A stretch of DNA of 63,996 nucleotides, counting the filler, from Candidatus Rokuibacteriota bacterium (lineage in GTDB: Bacteria; JAUVQV01; DATDCY01), in assembly GCA_031406795.1 (NCBI GenBank). It is 5 parts of 5 records of this genome, joined end to end, with 100 filler letters (N's around TTAATTAATTAA, not from the genome) between each part and the next. Parts side by side here need not be neighbours in the genome. Positions count along the whole stretch, not along the records: positions 1 to 26,583 come from JANOHV010000090.1; positions 26,684 to 41,066 come from JANOHV010000199.1; 3 more parts are not named here. One strand, given 5' to 3'. Made by a program: the position numbers and the translations under genes. Positions 19,556-28,924 of this stretch are shown here, one piece after another; position 1 is the first letter of the stretch, and the number at the start of each line of letters is the position of its first letter. Under the pieces are notes generated by a model, which saw nothing but the letters and a program-made list of their open reading frames with translations, did no database searches and was not told the origin of the DNA.

Positions 19556-19733
19556 GCACGGCCGGTTGATCGCGCCGCCTGCCGATCATGAAAGTGCGAT
19601 GCGTCTGACATCAACCGACGGCAAGAAATGATTCATCAAGCTTGAACGACGCGTGAGATGGAGCTAGAGTATTGGCGTACTTCTTTGCTGGCTCCCCACG
19701 GAGCCGACCAAACCGGAGAGGAGGTGGTGCAAG

Positions 19734-19865
19734 ATGAAGAAGATCGTAGTTCTGGTGCTCGTTATATCGTGCAGCTTTGCAGCGCTCTCGGGCTGCAACA
19801 CCTGGCGCGGGGCGGGCAAGGACGTTGAAAAGACGGGCGAAAGTATGCAGAAGTCGGGCAAGTAG
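19734..19865 (+). CDS. Entericidin EcnA/B family lipoprotein (not in ORF track)
   Basis: MKKIVVLVLVISCSFAALSGCNTWRGAGKDVEKTGESMQKSGK*; GAGGAGG RBS. Confidence 0.88.
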   Translation: MKKIVVLVLVISCSFAALSGCNTWRGAGKDVEKTGESMQKSGK

Positions 19866-19930
19866 ACTGCTGCACAGAGCTGAAGGCACTCCTGAGCCCG
19901 GTGATGGGGAAAGGACAAACCCTTTCCCCG

Positions 19931-20098
19931 TCACCGGCCGAGCGCCCGCGTCGTTCGTCGCACCTTCTCGTTGGCCGGATGCTTCACCGCGATCTCGCGG
20001 GCGGCGCTGGAACGCGCCAGCGAGAGACAGAGCCTCCGCAACGATTCGACCTGTTCCAACCTGCGGCGCACGGTTTCCGGGCCCAGGTCAATCCTCAT
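19931..20098 (-). CDS. 55-aa protein coupled to the nucleotidyltransferase (not in ORF track)
   Basis: MRIDLGPETVRRRLEQVESLRRLCLSLAR...; start overlaps the 3' end of the upstream gene. Confidence 0.65.
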   Translation of the reverse strand: MRIDLGPETVRRRLEQVESLRRLCLSLARSSAAREIAVKHPANEKVRRTTRALGR

Positions 20099-20552
20099 CG
20101 ACAATGCTCCTCAGGTAGGCGATATCGTCTTCGTCCGTGCCGCTTCTGCGGAATGACTTGAGCAGGATCAACCCCTCGGGGGAGACGACCTTCAGCATTC
20201 GCCCATCCCACCCGACCTCACGGCGGTCCGCCCAGGCGGCCGCCGTCGCCTCGGTCGTCAGGAGAAGATCGAGAACCAGTTCTTCGCGGGTCTGCGGATC
20301 GACTTTGCAGAGTCGGGTCATCCTGATCTTCCCGCCATGAAACGACATCGAGGCGGTGCCTACCCGGAACCCAAGCGCTTCTACTGCCTGCTGCGCCCGC
20401 GCCAGTGAATCGACCTGGATGAACAGATCGATATCCAGCGTCGCACGCGGCAGGCCGTAAATCGCCATCGCCAGTCCACCACACAGGGCATAGTCGACGC
20501 CCTCCTGGTCGAGTCTGGCGGCTATCGCCCGCAATTCGTCGACGATTTCCAT
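20088..20552 (-). CDS. Nucleotidyltransferase (AbiEii/DUF6036-like)
   Basis: YALCGGLAMAIYG.PRATLDIDL; C-terminal K..R..D..D. Confidence 0.8.
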   Translation of the reverse strand: MEIVDELRAIAARLDQEGVDYALCGGLAMAIYGLPRATLDIDLFIQVDSLARAQQAVEALGFRVGTASMSFHGGKIRMTRLCKVDPQTREELVLDLLLTTEATAAAWADRREVGWDGRMLKVVSPEGLILLKSFRRSGTDEDDIAYLRSIVDED

Positions 20553-20626
20553 GCCGTTATATTGTACTCTCCTGGGCCGGAACCGGCACTGATTGTGACT
20601 GATGGTGGTTGCCTGCAGCGGGCAAC

Positions 20627-20666
20627 AAAAAGGCGCCGTGACCAGTGTTCGGTGATCACGGCGCCT
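20627..20666 (-). terminator. Terminator downstream of tRNA
   Basis: 11-bp stem AGGCGCCGTGA/TCACGGCGCCT plus U tract. Confidence 0.7.
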
Positions 20667-20676
20667 GTCGATCTCT

Positions 20677-20753
<77 letters not shown>

Positions 20754-20845
20754 TCGCAGGATGGAAGATAGTCCGAGTCGGCGGTAATGTCAAGGAAAAC
20801 CGCCCGAAGCTGGCGACGAGCGCCGCCCTCGACGACCTTTCGGCC

Positions 20846-21502
20846 TCATCGGCGCGGGAAAGGCAGGCGAATCCGCGGGGCGTGCGGCCGCGATCGCGGG
20901 TTGGAGCGGTGCCCCGAATCGTCGCGCCGGTGCACGTCATCTCGCCGGTGCCGATTGTCATCCCTGAACCGGCCGTCATCGCGGTCCCGATGGCGAACCC
21001 GCGTGCGGTCCCGGTGCGAATCGCGATCGTAGATATACCACTCCCACGACAGATAGGGCCGGTCCCAATAGGAATAAGAATAGTCATAGTACCCGTAACC
21101 GCCGGGATAGTACGGGTAGTACCGGGGGTCCTCCGGAGCGACGTATGGCGGCGTCGACCCCTCCGCATACGGGCTCGTCGATCCCTCCGCTGCGCCCTCC
21201 CGGTAGCTCCTGACCGTCCGGCCGTTGACCCACCCGAACGTCTCGTCACTGACCTTGATGTAATACCACGCCCCCGTCCGGCCCTGCTTGGCGAATATTT
21301 CACCCTTTCCCACGAGCGTGATGACCTCGTGACTTGGCGAGGGGCCTTCCCGAACCTCGGCCGTCTCCGCCGTGACGATCAACGAGCCGCTCTCCACATG
21401 CTGCGGCTGGACCTGCGTCCCGCGCGCCGGCACGACCCAAAGGCCGAGCAGTACCAACCCGCAGAGCAGCGGCAGAACAGCCCCGGACAACGCTCTTCTC
21501 AT
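20846..21502 (-). CDS. Secreted SH3-domain protein with Tyr-rich and Arg/Asp-rich tail
   Basis: Signal peptide; VREGPSPSHEVI...WYYI...GWV. Confidence 0.75.
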   Translation of the reverse strand: MRRALSGAVLPLLCGLVLLGLWVVPARGTQVQPQHVESGSLIVTAETAEVREGPSPSHEVITLVGKGEIFAKQGRTGAWYYIKVSDETFGWVNGRTVRSYREGAAEGSTSPYAEGSTPPYVAPEDPRYYPYYPGGYGYYDYSYSYWDRPYLSWEWYIYDRDSHRDRTRVRHRDRDDGRFRDDNRHRRDDVHRRDDSGHRSNPRSRPHAPRIRLPFPRR

Positions 21503-21708
21503 GATTCATCCCCCCTGGTCTTGGATTCAATCTGCGGCCCGGCGACCGATCTGTCAACCAGACGCGTCACACCTGACGCCCTCGACACCCGTCGCCAGCA
21601 GGGTATACTGGTGCGGTAAACCCGACGGAGAGGAGCACCCAATGTCCAGGGTGCGCCAGGATCTGCTCTCCGAGGAATGAGGAATCACCGCGACGTGAGG
21701 GAGCATCC

Positions 21709-22329
21709 ATGCTGAGAGTCGGACTCACCGGCGGCATCGCCAGCGGCAAATCCACCGTCGCGCGCGTCTTCCGCGAACTGGGTGCCCACGTGCTGGACGC
21801 CGACCGCATCGCGCGCGAGATCGTCCCTCCGGGCTCGCCGGCCCTCGCCCGCGTCGCCCGCGCCTTCGGCAAGGAGATGATCCGCCCCGACGGGACGCTG
21901 GACCGGGCCGCGCTGGGGGCGGTCGTGTTCGCGGACGAAGGAAAGCGCCGGGTGCTCGAGGGGCTGCTGCACCCGCTGATCCTCGACGAGATCGACCGGC
22001 GCATCGACGAACTCGAGCGCAGCGACCCCCAGGGGGTGGTGATCGTCGAGGCCGCCCTGATTCTCGAGATGGGCCGCCAGGAGGAGTTCGACACGCTCGT
22101 CGTGGTCTGGGCCGACGAGGAGCAGCAGCGGCGGCGGATGATGCAGCGCGACAACCTCTCCGCGGAGGACGCGGAGCGGCGTCTCGACGCGCAGATGCCG
22201 CTGTCGGAAAAACGCTCCCGCGCGCAGTTCGTCGTCGACAACAGCGGCGACCCGGCCGCCTGCCGGGCCGACGCCGAGCGCGTGTACGGCGAACTGCAGC
22301 GGCTCGCAAGCGCGAGGAAGCGGCGCTGA
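21709..22329 (+). CDS. coaE: Dephospho-CoA kinase
   Basis: VGLTGGIASGKSTV, DADRIAR, LDRAAL. Confidence 0.95.
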   Translation: MLRVGLTGGIASGKSTVARVFRELGAHVLDADRIAREIVPPGSPALARVARAFGKEMIRPDGTLDRAALGAVVFADEGKRRVLEGLLHPLILDEIDRRIDELERSDPQGVVIVEAALILEMGRQEEFDTLVVVWADEEQQRRRMMQRDNLSAEDAERRLDAQMPLSEKRSRAQFVVDNSGDPAACRADAERVYGELQRLASARKRR

Positions 22330-22337
22330 TTCCGTTC

Positions 22338-23519
22338 TTGTTCATGCTCGCCTGCCTCATCGCGACGCCTGCGGCGGCCGCCGCCGAGCCGCCGGCCGCC
22401 CTCGAAATCGACGCGCTGCCCCCGCTGCGCGTCGCCCAGGTGCTGGTCTTCCGCGGCACGACTCCCGCCGAGATCGAGGCCAGCCTCGCCCGCCTCAAGG
22501 ACGCGGGGGTCACCACCGTCTTCGTCCGCGTCTTCCAGAATCGCGGCGACCGGCCGCTCTTCTACGGCGGGCGCCCCACCCCGGCCGTCGGCGTCTACTT
22601 CCCGAGCGCCGCCGCGCCCGTAGTCGCCGACGACCTCGGCGTCGTCAGCGCGGCCTGCCGCCGGCTCGGCCTCGCGGTCTACGCCTGGATGACGACGCGG
22701 GCCTGCGACTGGCTCCTCGAGGAACGCCCCGACCTGGCCGACTTGCGCTACGACAGCGCAGCCGGCACGGTGCTGCCGGCGGCGCGCTTGAACATTTTCC
22801 ACCCCGAGGTGCGCCGGCGGCTGACCGCGGTCTTTCGCGACCTGGCGCGCGCCGACATCGACGGCGTGCTCTTCCAGGACGACCTGGTGCTCAAGCCCGG
22901 CGAGGGGCTCTCTCCCGAGGCGATCGAGGCCTACCTCGAAGAGAGCGGAACGGTGGTCTCGCCCGGCGTGCTCTTCGCGGGTGCCGCCGACGCGGGCGCG
23001 GCCGCGATCTTCTCGCCGGCCTTCTATCGCGAGGCGTTCTGGCCCTGGGCCGCCTGGAAGAACCGGGAGTTGCTCGATCTGGCGCAGGAGCTGATGGCGG
23101 CGGCGCGCGAGGTGCGCCCCGGACTGCGGTTCGCGCTGAATCTGTACTACGAGTCGGTCCTCAACCCGCGGATGGCGCTCGCCTGGTACGCGCAGGACCT
23201 CGGGGTGGCGCGAAGCCGCCCCTTCGACTACTTTTCTCTCATGAGCTACCACCGGCAGATCGGCCGCGAACTCTCGTACACCCCGGAGGACGCCATCGCG
23301 GCGCTCGGGGTGCTCAGCCGGCAGGCCGTCGCCGTCGCCGGGAACCCGGCGCGCGTCATCGTCAAGGTGCAGTCGCTCGACTGGGAGACGCGCGAACTGA
23401 TCCCGGCGGATGAGTTCGACCGCGCCCTCGGCGCCGCCGCGGCCGGCGTCAGCCTGGCCTTCGTGCGCGGGCTCGAGGACCCGCCGCTGGATGTGGTCCG
23501 GCGGCATTTTCGCCGCTAG
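22338..23519 (+). CDS. PgaB C-terminal-like (GH153/GHL13) glycoside hydrolase
   Basis: VYAWMT, DGVLFQDD, AWYAQD motifs; signal peptide; start approximate. Confidence 0.65.
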   Translation: MFMLACLIATPAAAAAEPPAALEIDALPPLRVAQVLVFRGTTPAEIEASLARLKDAGVTTVFVRVFQNRGDRPLFYGGRPTPAVGVYFPSAAAPVVADDLGVVSAACRRLGLAVYAWMTTRACDWLLEERPDLADLRYDSAAGTVLPAARLNIFHPEVRRRLTAVFRDLARADIDGVLFQDDLVLKPGEGLSPEAIEAYLEESGTVVSPGVLFAGAADAGAAAIFSPAFYREAFWPWAAWKNRELLDLAQELMAAAREVRPGLRFALNLYYESVLNPRMALAWYAQDLGVARSRPFDYFSLMSYHRQIGRELSYTPEDAIAALGVLSRQAVAVAGNPARVIVKVQSLDWETRELIPADEFDRALGAAAAGVSLAFVRGLEDPPLDVVRRHFRR

Positions 23520-23587
23520 GGATTCGCGGATCACGGACTAAAAGAATTGCGAACGCGTGCTTACCGACGTCAGGTGAAATGCATTTC

Positions 23588-23613
23588 GGGAGGGTTTAAG
23601 ACCCTCCCCTACA
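23588..23613 (-). repeat. GTAG-type REP-like palindrome, intergenic
   Basis: TGTAGGGGAGGGTCTTAAACCCTCCC on the minus strand. Confidence 0.7.
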
Positions 23614-23615
23614 AT

Positions 23616-25181
23616 ATGCTAAACCTGCTCACTGCTGTATTGCTGGGCCTCGCCGCCGTGGCCGGTGCGGCGGATGCGGCGGATGCGGCGGGAGCGGCGG
23701 CACAAACCAGCGGTCCGCACGGGGCCGTTACAGCGGAAGGAGTGAACGCCATGAACAGCATCAGCCTGCAATTCGCGGAGTTCAAGGGTGACGCCGCGGA
23801 GCTTGCGCGGCGGATCGACGCGATGATCGCCGCCGCGCCGCCGTCGCAGCGCAAGGAAGCGCCGCTGGCGATCGTCTCCCCGCACGCCGGCTACGTCTAC
23901 TCCGGGCCGATCGCCGCTCACGCCTACCGCGCCGTGCAGGGGCAGAGCTACGACACCGTCGTCGTGATCGGTCCCAGCCACCGCGACGCCTTCACCGGCC
24001 TGTCGGTGTACGACACGACCCGCTTCGACACGCCGCTCGGCCCGATCCCGTGCGACCGCGAGCTGATCGGTCAGCTCATCGGCGCGCACCCGAACATCAG
24101 CTACCGGCCGTCGGCGCACCGCGACGAGCACTCGCTCGAGGTCCAGGTCCCGTTCCTGCAGCGGGCGCTCACCGGCTTCAAGCTGGTCATGGTCGTCGTC
24201 GGCGGGCGCGACCCCGAGGCCGAGCTGACGCTTGTCAACGCCCTCGTCGCCTTTGCGAAACAGCGGCGCGTGCTGGTGGTCGCCAGTTCGGATCTCTCGC
24301 ACTATCACGGCTACGCGGAGGCGAACCAGCTCGACGCCGTGGCGCTCGCCTCCATCGCGGCGCTCGACACGCAGGCGCTGGTCAGGGACATCGGCGCCGA
24401 GCGCTGCGAAGCCTGCGGCATCCTGCCGGTGCTGATCACGATGGACTACGTGAAGCGGCTGGGCGCGCAGCGCGGCGTGCTGCTCAAGCAGGCGAACTCG
24501 GGTGACACCGCGGGGCCGAAGGATCGGGTCGTCGGCTACGCGGCGCTGGCGTTCTGGCGGGACGGGGCGGCGGCCGGCGGGAAGAACGGCGGGAACCCGG
24601 CCGAGAAATCCGCCGCGAACCAGGCCGCGGCCGTGTCCGTCGGCCGCCTCGACGGCGCGGCGCGGGCCGAACTGCTCGGCATCGCGCGGCGGGCAATCGC
24701 GGAGAGCGTGCGCGACAGCCAGCGCACGGAGCCGAAGAGCGCAAACCCGGCGCTGCAGACCCCGCAGGGCGCGTTCGTCACCATCACCATCGGGGGCGAG
24801 CTGCGCGGGTGCATCGGGACGTTCCGCGAGGACACGCCGCTGTACCGCACCGTCGCGCAGATGGCCGTGGCTGCCGCGCGCGAGGACCCGCGCTTCCCGC
24901 CGCTGACGGTTGCCGAGCTGCCGAAGATCCACGTCGAGATCTCGGCGCTGACACCGATGAAGCCGGTTGCCGACATCCGCGAGATCGAGGTCGGCCGCCA
25001 CGGGCTCTACATCACCCGGGGCTTCAACTCCGGCGTGCTGCTGCCGCAGGTGGCCACCGACTACGGCTGGGACCGCACGACCTTCCTCGAGCAGACCTGC
25101 CGCAAGGCCGGCCTGCCGAAGAACGCCTGGCAGGAGGGCGCGAAGATCCTCAGCTTCGAGGCGGAGGTCTTCGGCGAGTAG
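23616..25181 (+). CDS. AmmeMemoRadiSam protein B (MEMO) - protein A (AMMECR1) fusion
   Basis: PHAGYVYSG, EHSLEVQ, SSDLSHY; LRGCIG, DPRF, GVLLPQV; alternative start at 23751. Confidence 0.9.
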   Translation: MLNLLTAVLLGLAAVAGAADAADAAGAAAQTSGPHGAVTAEGVNAMNSISLQFAEFKGDAAELARRIDAMIAAAPPSQRKEAPLAIVSPHAGYVYSGPIAAHAYRAVQGQSYDTVVVIGPSHRDAFTGLSVYDTTRFDTPLGPIPCDRELIGQLIGAHPNISYRPSAHRDEHSLEVQVPFLQRALTGFKLVMVVVGGRDPEAELTLVNALVAFAKQRRVLVVASSDLSHYHGYAEANQLDAVALASIAALDTQALVRDIGAERCEACGILPVLITMDYVKRLGAQRGVLLKQANSGDTAGPKDRVVGYAALAFWRDGAAAGGKNGGNPAEKSAANQAAAVSVGRLDGAARAELLGIARRAIAESVRDSQRTEPKSANPALQTPQGAFVTITIGGELRGCIGTFREDTPLYRTVAQMAVAAAREDPRFPPLTVAELPKIHVEISALTPMKPVADIREIEVGRHGLYITRGFNSGVLLPQVATDYGWDRTTFLEQTCRKAGLPKNAWQEGAKILSFEAEVFGE

Positions 25182-25193
25182 GGCCGGCTGCTG

Positions 25194-26360
25194 CTACAGG
25201 CCCGCGGCCTTCTTCAACTCCGCGGCCTTGTCGGTGAGCTCCCACGTGAACTCCGGCTCCTGGCGCCCGAAGTGCCCGAACGCGGCGGTCTTCTTGTAGA
25301 TCGGCCGCAGCAGATCGAGGTGCTTGATGATCCCCTTCGGCTTGAGCGGAAAGACCTCGCGGATCAGCTGGCGGATCTTCTCGAGGGTGATCTTCTCGGT
25401 GCCGAAGCAATCGACGAAGACCGAGATCGGGTCAGCGACGCCGATCGCGTAGGCGAGCTGGACCTCGATCTTGTCGCAGAGACCGGCGGCGACGATATTC
25501 TTGGCGATGTAGCGCCCCATGTAGGAGGCCGAGCGGTCGACCTTGCTCGGGTCCTTGCCCGAGAAGCAGCCGCCGCCGTGACTGCCGCAGCCGCCGTAGG
25601 TGTCGACGATGATCTTGCGGCCGGTCAGGCCCGTGTCGCCGTGCGGCCCGCCGATGACGAAGCGACCGGTGGGGTTCACGTGGTAGGTGATGCGCTCCTC
25701 GTCCAGCAGCTCGCGGGGGATCACCGGCTTGATCACGTGCTCGATCAGGTCCTCGCGGATCTTCTTCAGCGTCACGTCCGGGTCGTGCTGGGTGGAGATG
25801 ACGATGGTGTCGACACGCACCGGCTTGTCGTTCGCGTACTCGACGGTGACCTGGGTCTTGCCGTCGGGGCGAAGGTAGCGGATCAGGTCCGAGCGGCGGC
25901 AGTCGGAGAGCCGTTTGGCGAGCTTGTGGGCCAGCAGGATCGGCATCGGCATCAGCTCGACCGTCTCGTTCGAGGCGTAGCCGAACATGATGCCCTGGTC
26001 GCCGGCGCCCTGCTCGTGGTCCTTCTCCTCGTTGACGCCCATCGCGATGTCGGGCGACTGCCCCTGGATCGCGGTGAGCACGCCGCAGGTCTCGTAGTCG
26101 AAGCCGTAGGCGGCGTCGGTGTAGCCGATCTCCTTGATCGTCTCGCGGACGATCTTCGGGATGTCGGCGTAGACCTTGGTCGTGATCTCGCCGGCAACGA
26201 ACGCGAGGCCCGTCGTGACGATCGTCTCGCACGCCACGCGGCCGTAGGGGTCCTCCGCGAGGATCGCATCGAGAACCGCGTCGGAGATCTGGTCGGCGAT
26301 CTTGTCGGGGTGCCCCTCGGTCACCGATTCCGAAGTGAACAGGTAATCTTTCGACTCCAT
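25194..26360 (-). CDS. metK: S-adenosylmethionine synthetase
   Basis: [30 protein letters not shown]. Confidence 0.98.
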   Translation of the reverse strand: MESKDYLFTSESVTEGHPDKIADQISDAVLDAILAEDPYGRVACETIVTTGLAFVAGEITTKVYADIPKIVRETIKEIGYTDAAYGFDYETCGVLTAIQGQSPDIAMGVNEEKDHEQGAGDQGIMFGYASNETVELMPMPILLAHKLAKRLSDCRRSDLIRYLRPDGKTQVTVEYANDKPVRVDTIVISTQHDPDVTLKKIREDLIEHVIKPVIPRELLDEERITYHVNPTGRFVIGGPHGDTGLTGRKIIVDTYGGCGSHGGGCFSGKDPSKVDRSASYMGRYIAKNIVAAGLCDKIEVQLAYAIGVADPISVFVDCFGTEKITLEKIRQLIREVFPLKPKGIIKHLDLLRPIYKKTAAFGHFGRQEPEFTWELTDKAAELKKAAGL

Positions 26361-26583
26361 TATCTTCCTCCCATTGCCAATCCGCCTGTGCAACCCGGTC
26401 TTGTAGCACACAACCGCTCGGTCTTCAATGAAAAACCGCGAGACCCCACGGCTACGTCAAAGTCCGTCGGTCTCCCGAGGCGGCTCGGCGAGCAATGGTG
26501 GCACCCACGGGCCCAACCGTACGGCTACGGGGCTGATCCGGGTTGCGAGAGGGGTGCAAGAACGCGGCAGCGGGTGCCTGAGG

Positions 26584-26683
26584 NNNNNNNNNNNNNNNNN
26601 NNNNNNNNNNNNNNNNNNNNNNNNNNNTTAATTAATTAANNNNNNNNNNNNNNNNNNNNNNNNNNNNNNNNNNNNNNNNNNNN
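26584..26683. other. Artificial contig spacer (also 41067-41166, 49491-49590, 61817-61916)
   Basis: N44-TTAATTAATTAA-N44, stops in all six frames. Confidence 0.98.
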
Positions 26684-27665
26684 CGACGCCCGGGGGAAAC
26701 CCGGGGCGCAGCTCCTCGATCCGGGCCTTGACGCGATCGATGACGTCGAGCGCGTTCTCGCCGTAGCGCATCACCACGATGCCCCCGACGACCTCGCCCT
26801 CCCCGTCGAGCTCGGCCAGGCCGCGCCGGATGTTGCCCCCCACCTGGATCTTTGCGATGTCCCGGAGGCGCACGGGCGTGCCCCGCGCATCCGTGGCCAC
26901 CGCGATCTCCTCGAGATCCTCCTTGCGGGTGACGTAGCCGAGGCCGCGGATGGTGTACTCGTGCCCCGCCACCTCCAGCACGCGCCCGCCGACGTCGCCG
27001 TTGGACATGCGGATCGCCGACACGACGTCCGGGAGCGAGAGGCGATAGGCCTGGAGTTTGTTGGGGTCGATCTCGACCTGGTACTGCTTCTGGTAGCCGC
27101 CGAGGCTCGCCACCTCCGCCACGCCCGGGACCGAGGCCAGCGAGTAGCGCAAGAACCAGTCCTGGAAGCTCCGCAGCTCCTGCAGCGTGGCGCACGGCGC
27201 CGGGCTTCCTTCCTGGCAGCGGCTCACGAGGGCGTACTCGTAGACCCAGCCGACCCCGGTGGCGTCCGGCCCCATCTGCGGCGTCACGCCCGGCGGCAGC
27301 CGTCCCTGGAGTTTCGACAGGTACTCCAGCACGCGCGAACGCGCCCAGTAGATGTCGGTCCCGTCCTCGAAGATGACGTAGACGAAGGACATGCCGAACA
27401 TCGTGAAGCTGCGGACGACTTTTACCTTGGGCGCGGCGAGGAACGTCGTGACCAGGGGGTAGGTGACCTGATCCTCCACCAGCGTCGGCCCCCGGCCCAT
27501 CCATTCGGTGAAGACGATGACCTGGGTATCGGAGAGATCCGGCAAGGCGTCCAAAGGGGTGTGCAGGATCGAGTAGATGCCGCCGGCCAGCAACAGTCCC
27601 GTCGCGAGGAAGACGAGGAAGCGCTTGCGCGCCGAAACCTCGATGACGCGCTCGAGGAAGCTCAT
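26684..27665 (-). CDS. cusA: CusA/CzcA heavy-metal RND permease (3' truncated by contig end)
   Basis: LDALPDLSDTQVI, VEDQVTYP, GPDATGVGWVYEY. Confidence 0.92.
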
Positions 27666-27673
27666 GGCGCGAA

Positions 27674-28924
27674 TCAGTGGCCCTGGTGGGCGGGTGCCTG
27701 GCCCCCGGCGGCGGCACCACGGAGGCGGCTCTCGGAATCCAGCAGGAACTGGCCGGTCTCGGCGATCGACTCGCCCGCGGTCAGCCCCGAGAGCACCTGC
27801 ACCTGGCCGGCGATGGCGATGCCGACTTCGATCGGCCGGGGCTCGAAGTGCCCGCCCTCGTGGGCGACAAAGACGATCGTGCGCTCCCCGGTGTCGATGA
27901 TGGCGTCCTCGGGGATCGCGATGCCCTCACCGAGGTCGACGTCGATCTGCACCGTGGCGTACATGCCCGGCTTGAGGAGACCTTCGGCGTTATCGAACTC
28001 GATCCGGGCCTTCGCGGTGCGGGTGGCGTCGCCGACCGTCGGGCTGACGAAGGTTACCTTTCCGGTGAGCTTGCGCCCAGGAAGCGCATCAATGGAGAGG
28101 CGCACGTCCTGTCCCGGCTTCACCAGGGCCATGTCGCGTTCGTAGAGGTCGGCCAGCACCCAGAGGCGACCCAGGTCGGCGATGACGTAGAGCGGCGTCA
28201 TCGGGTCGACCGCGACGCCGGCCACGGCCCGCTTCTCGGCGACCGTCCCGTGGCGCGGGGAGGCGATAGTGATGGCGCGCTCCGGGACACCGGTCCGATC
28301 AATCTGCTCCAGCACGCCCGGCGGCACGTCGAACAGCTCGAGACGCCGGCGCGAGGCGGCCACGAGACCCTTGAAGGCGTTGCGGTTTGGCTCCGTCACC
28401 TGGGCTGCCTGGAGCCGTTCGAGAGCAGCCTTCGAGGCGAGGTACTCCTGCTGGGCCGCCAGCAGATCCTGGCTGTAGATGGTGAAGAGCGGCTGGCCCT
28501 TCTGCACCTCCTGACCGACGTAGTTCACGAAGATCCGCTCGATGAATCCCTCGAACTTGACGTGAACCTCCGAGGCCCGCGTCTCGTCGGCGCTGACGAG
28601 GCCCACGGTGCGGATGGTTTTCTTGAGCATTGTCCGAGAAACCGGCACGGTGCGGATGCCGAGGAGCTGCCGGCGGCTGTCGTCCATCTGCACTGGGGCG
28701 TAGCCGGGAGGGATCTCTTGCCCGGACTGCTTCGAAGCTCCGCTCGTGCCGGTCATGCCGGGCATGTCGGCCATCGGTGCGCCGCCATTCCCGGCGGGCT
28801 CCGCTGTGCTCTTCTTGGCGACCGGTGGAGCGCTTTCCTTGCTTGCGGGATCGCCCCCGCCTCGGCCGCATGCGGCGGCCGTCACCAGAAGCATGAGGCA
28901 CGCGCCAACTATCCATGGTCTCAT
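27674..28924 (-). CDS. cusB: CusB-like RND periplasmic adaptor
   Basis: Lipobox AAAC, MADMPGM, LKPGMYA, QFLLDSES. Confidence 0.88.
   Translation of the reverse strand: MRPWIVGACLMLLVTAAACGRGGGDPASKESAPPVAKKSTAEPAGNGGAPMADMPGMTGTSGASKQSGQEIPPGYAPVQMDDSRRQLLGIRTVPVSRTMLKKTIRTVGLVSADETRASEVHVKFEGFIERIFVNYVGQEVQKGQPLFTIYSQDLLAAQQEYLASKAALERLQAAQVTEPNRNAFKGLVAASRRRLELFDVPPGVLEQIDRTGVPERAITIASPRHGTVAEKRAVAGVAVDPMTPLYVIADLGRLWVLADLYERDMALVKPGQDVRLSIDALPGRKLTGKVTFVSPTVGDATRTAKARIEFDNAEGLLKPGMYATVQIDVDLGEGIAIPEDAIIDTGERTIVFVAHEGGHFEPRPIEVGIAIAGQVQVLSGLTAGESIAETGQFLLDSESRLRGAAAGGQAPAHQGH

Noticed and set aside
19672-19690. Sigma54-like TGGCGT...TTGCT upstream of entericidin
   Set aside because: GG-to-GC spacing is 11 nt rather than the required 10.
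26400-26583. Possible SAM riboswitch upstream of metK
   Set aside because: A hairpin exists (~26440-26474) but I cannot find SAM-I/II core motifs, and the region is cut by the contig end.
26584-26683. Repeated TTAATTAATTAA flanked by Ns (four times)
   Set aside because: Artificial contig linker; cross-spacer gene adjacency and ORFs ending in X...LIN are artefacts.
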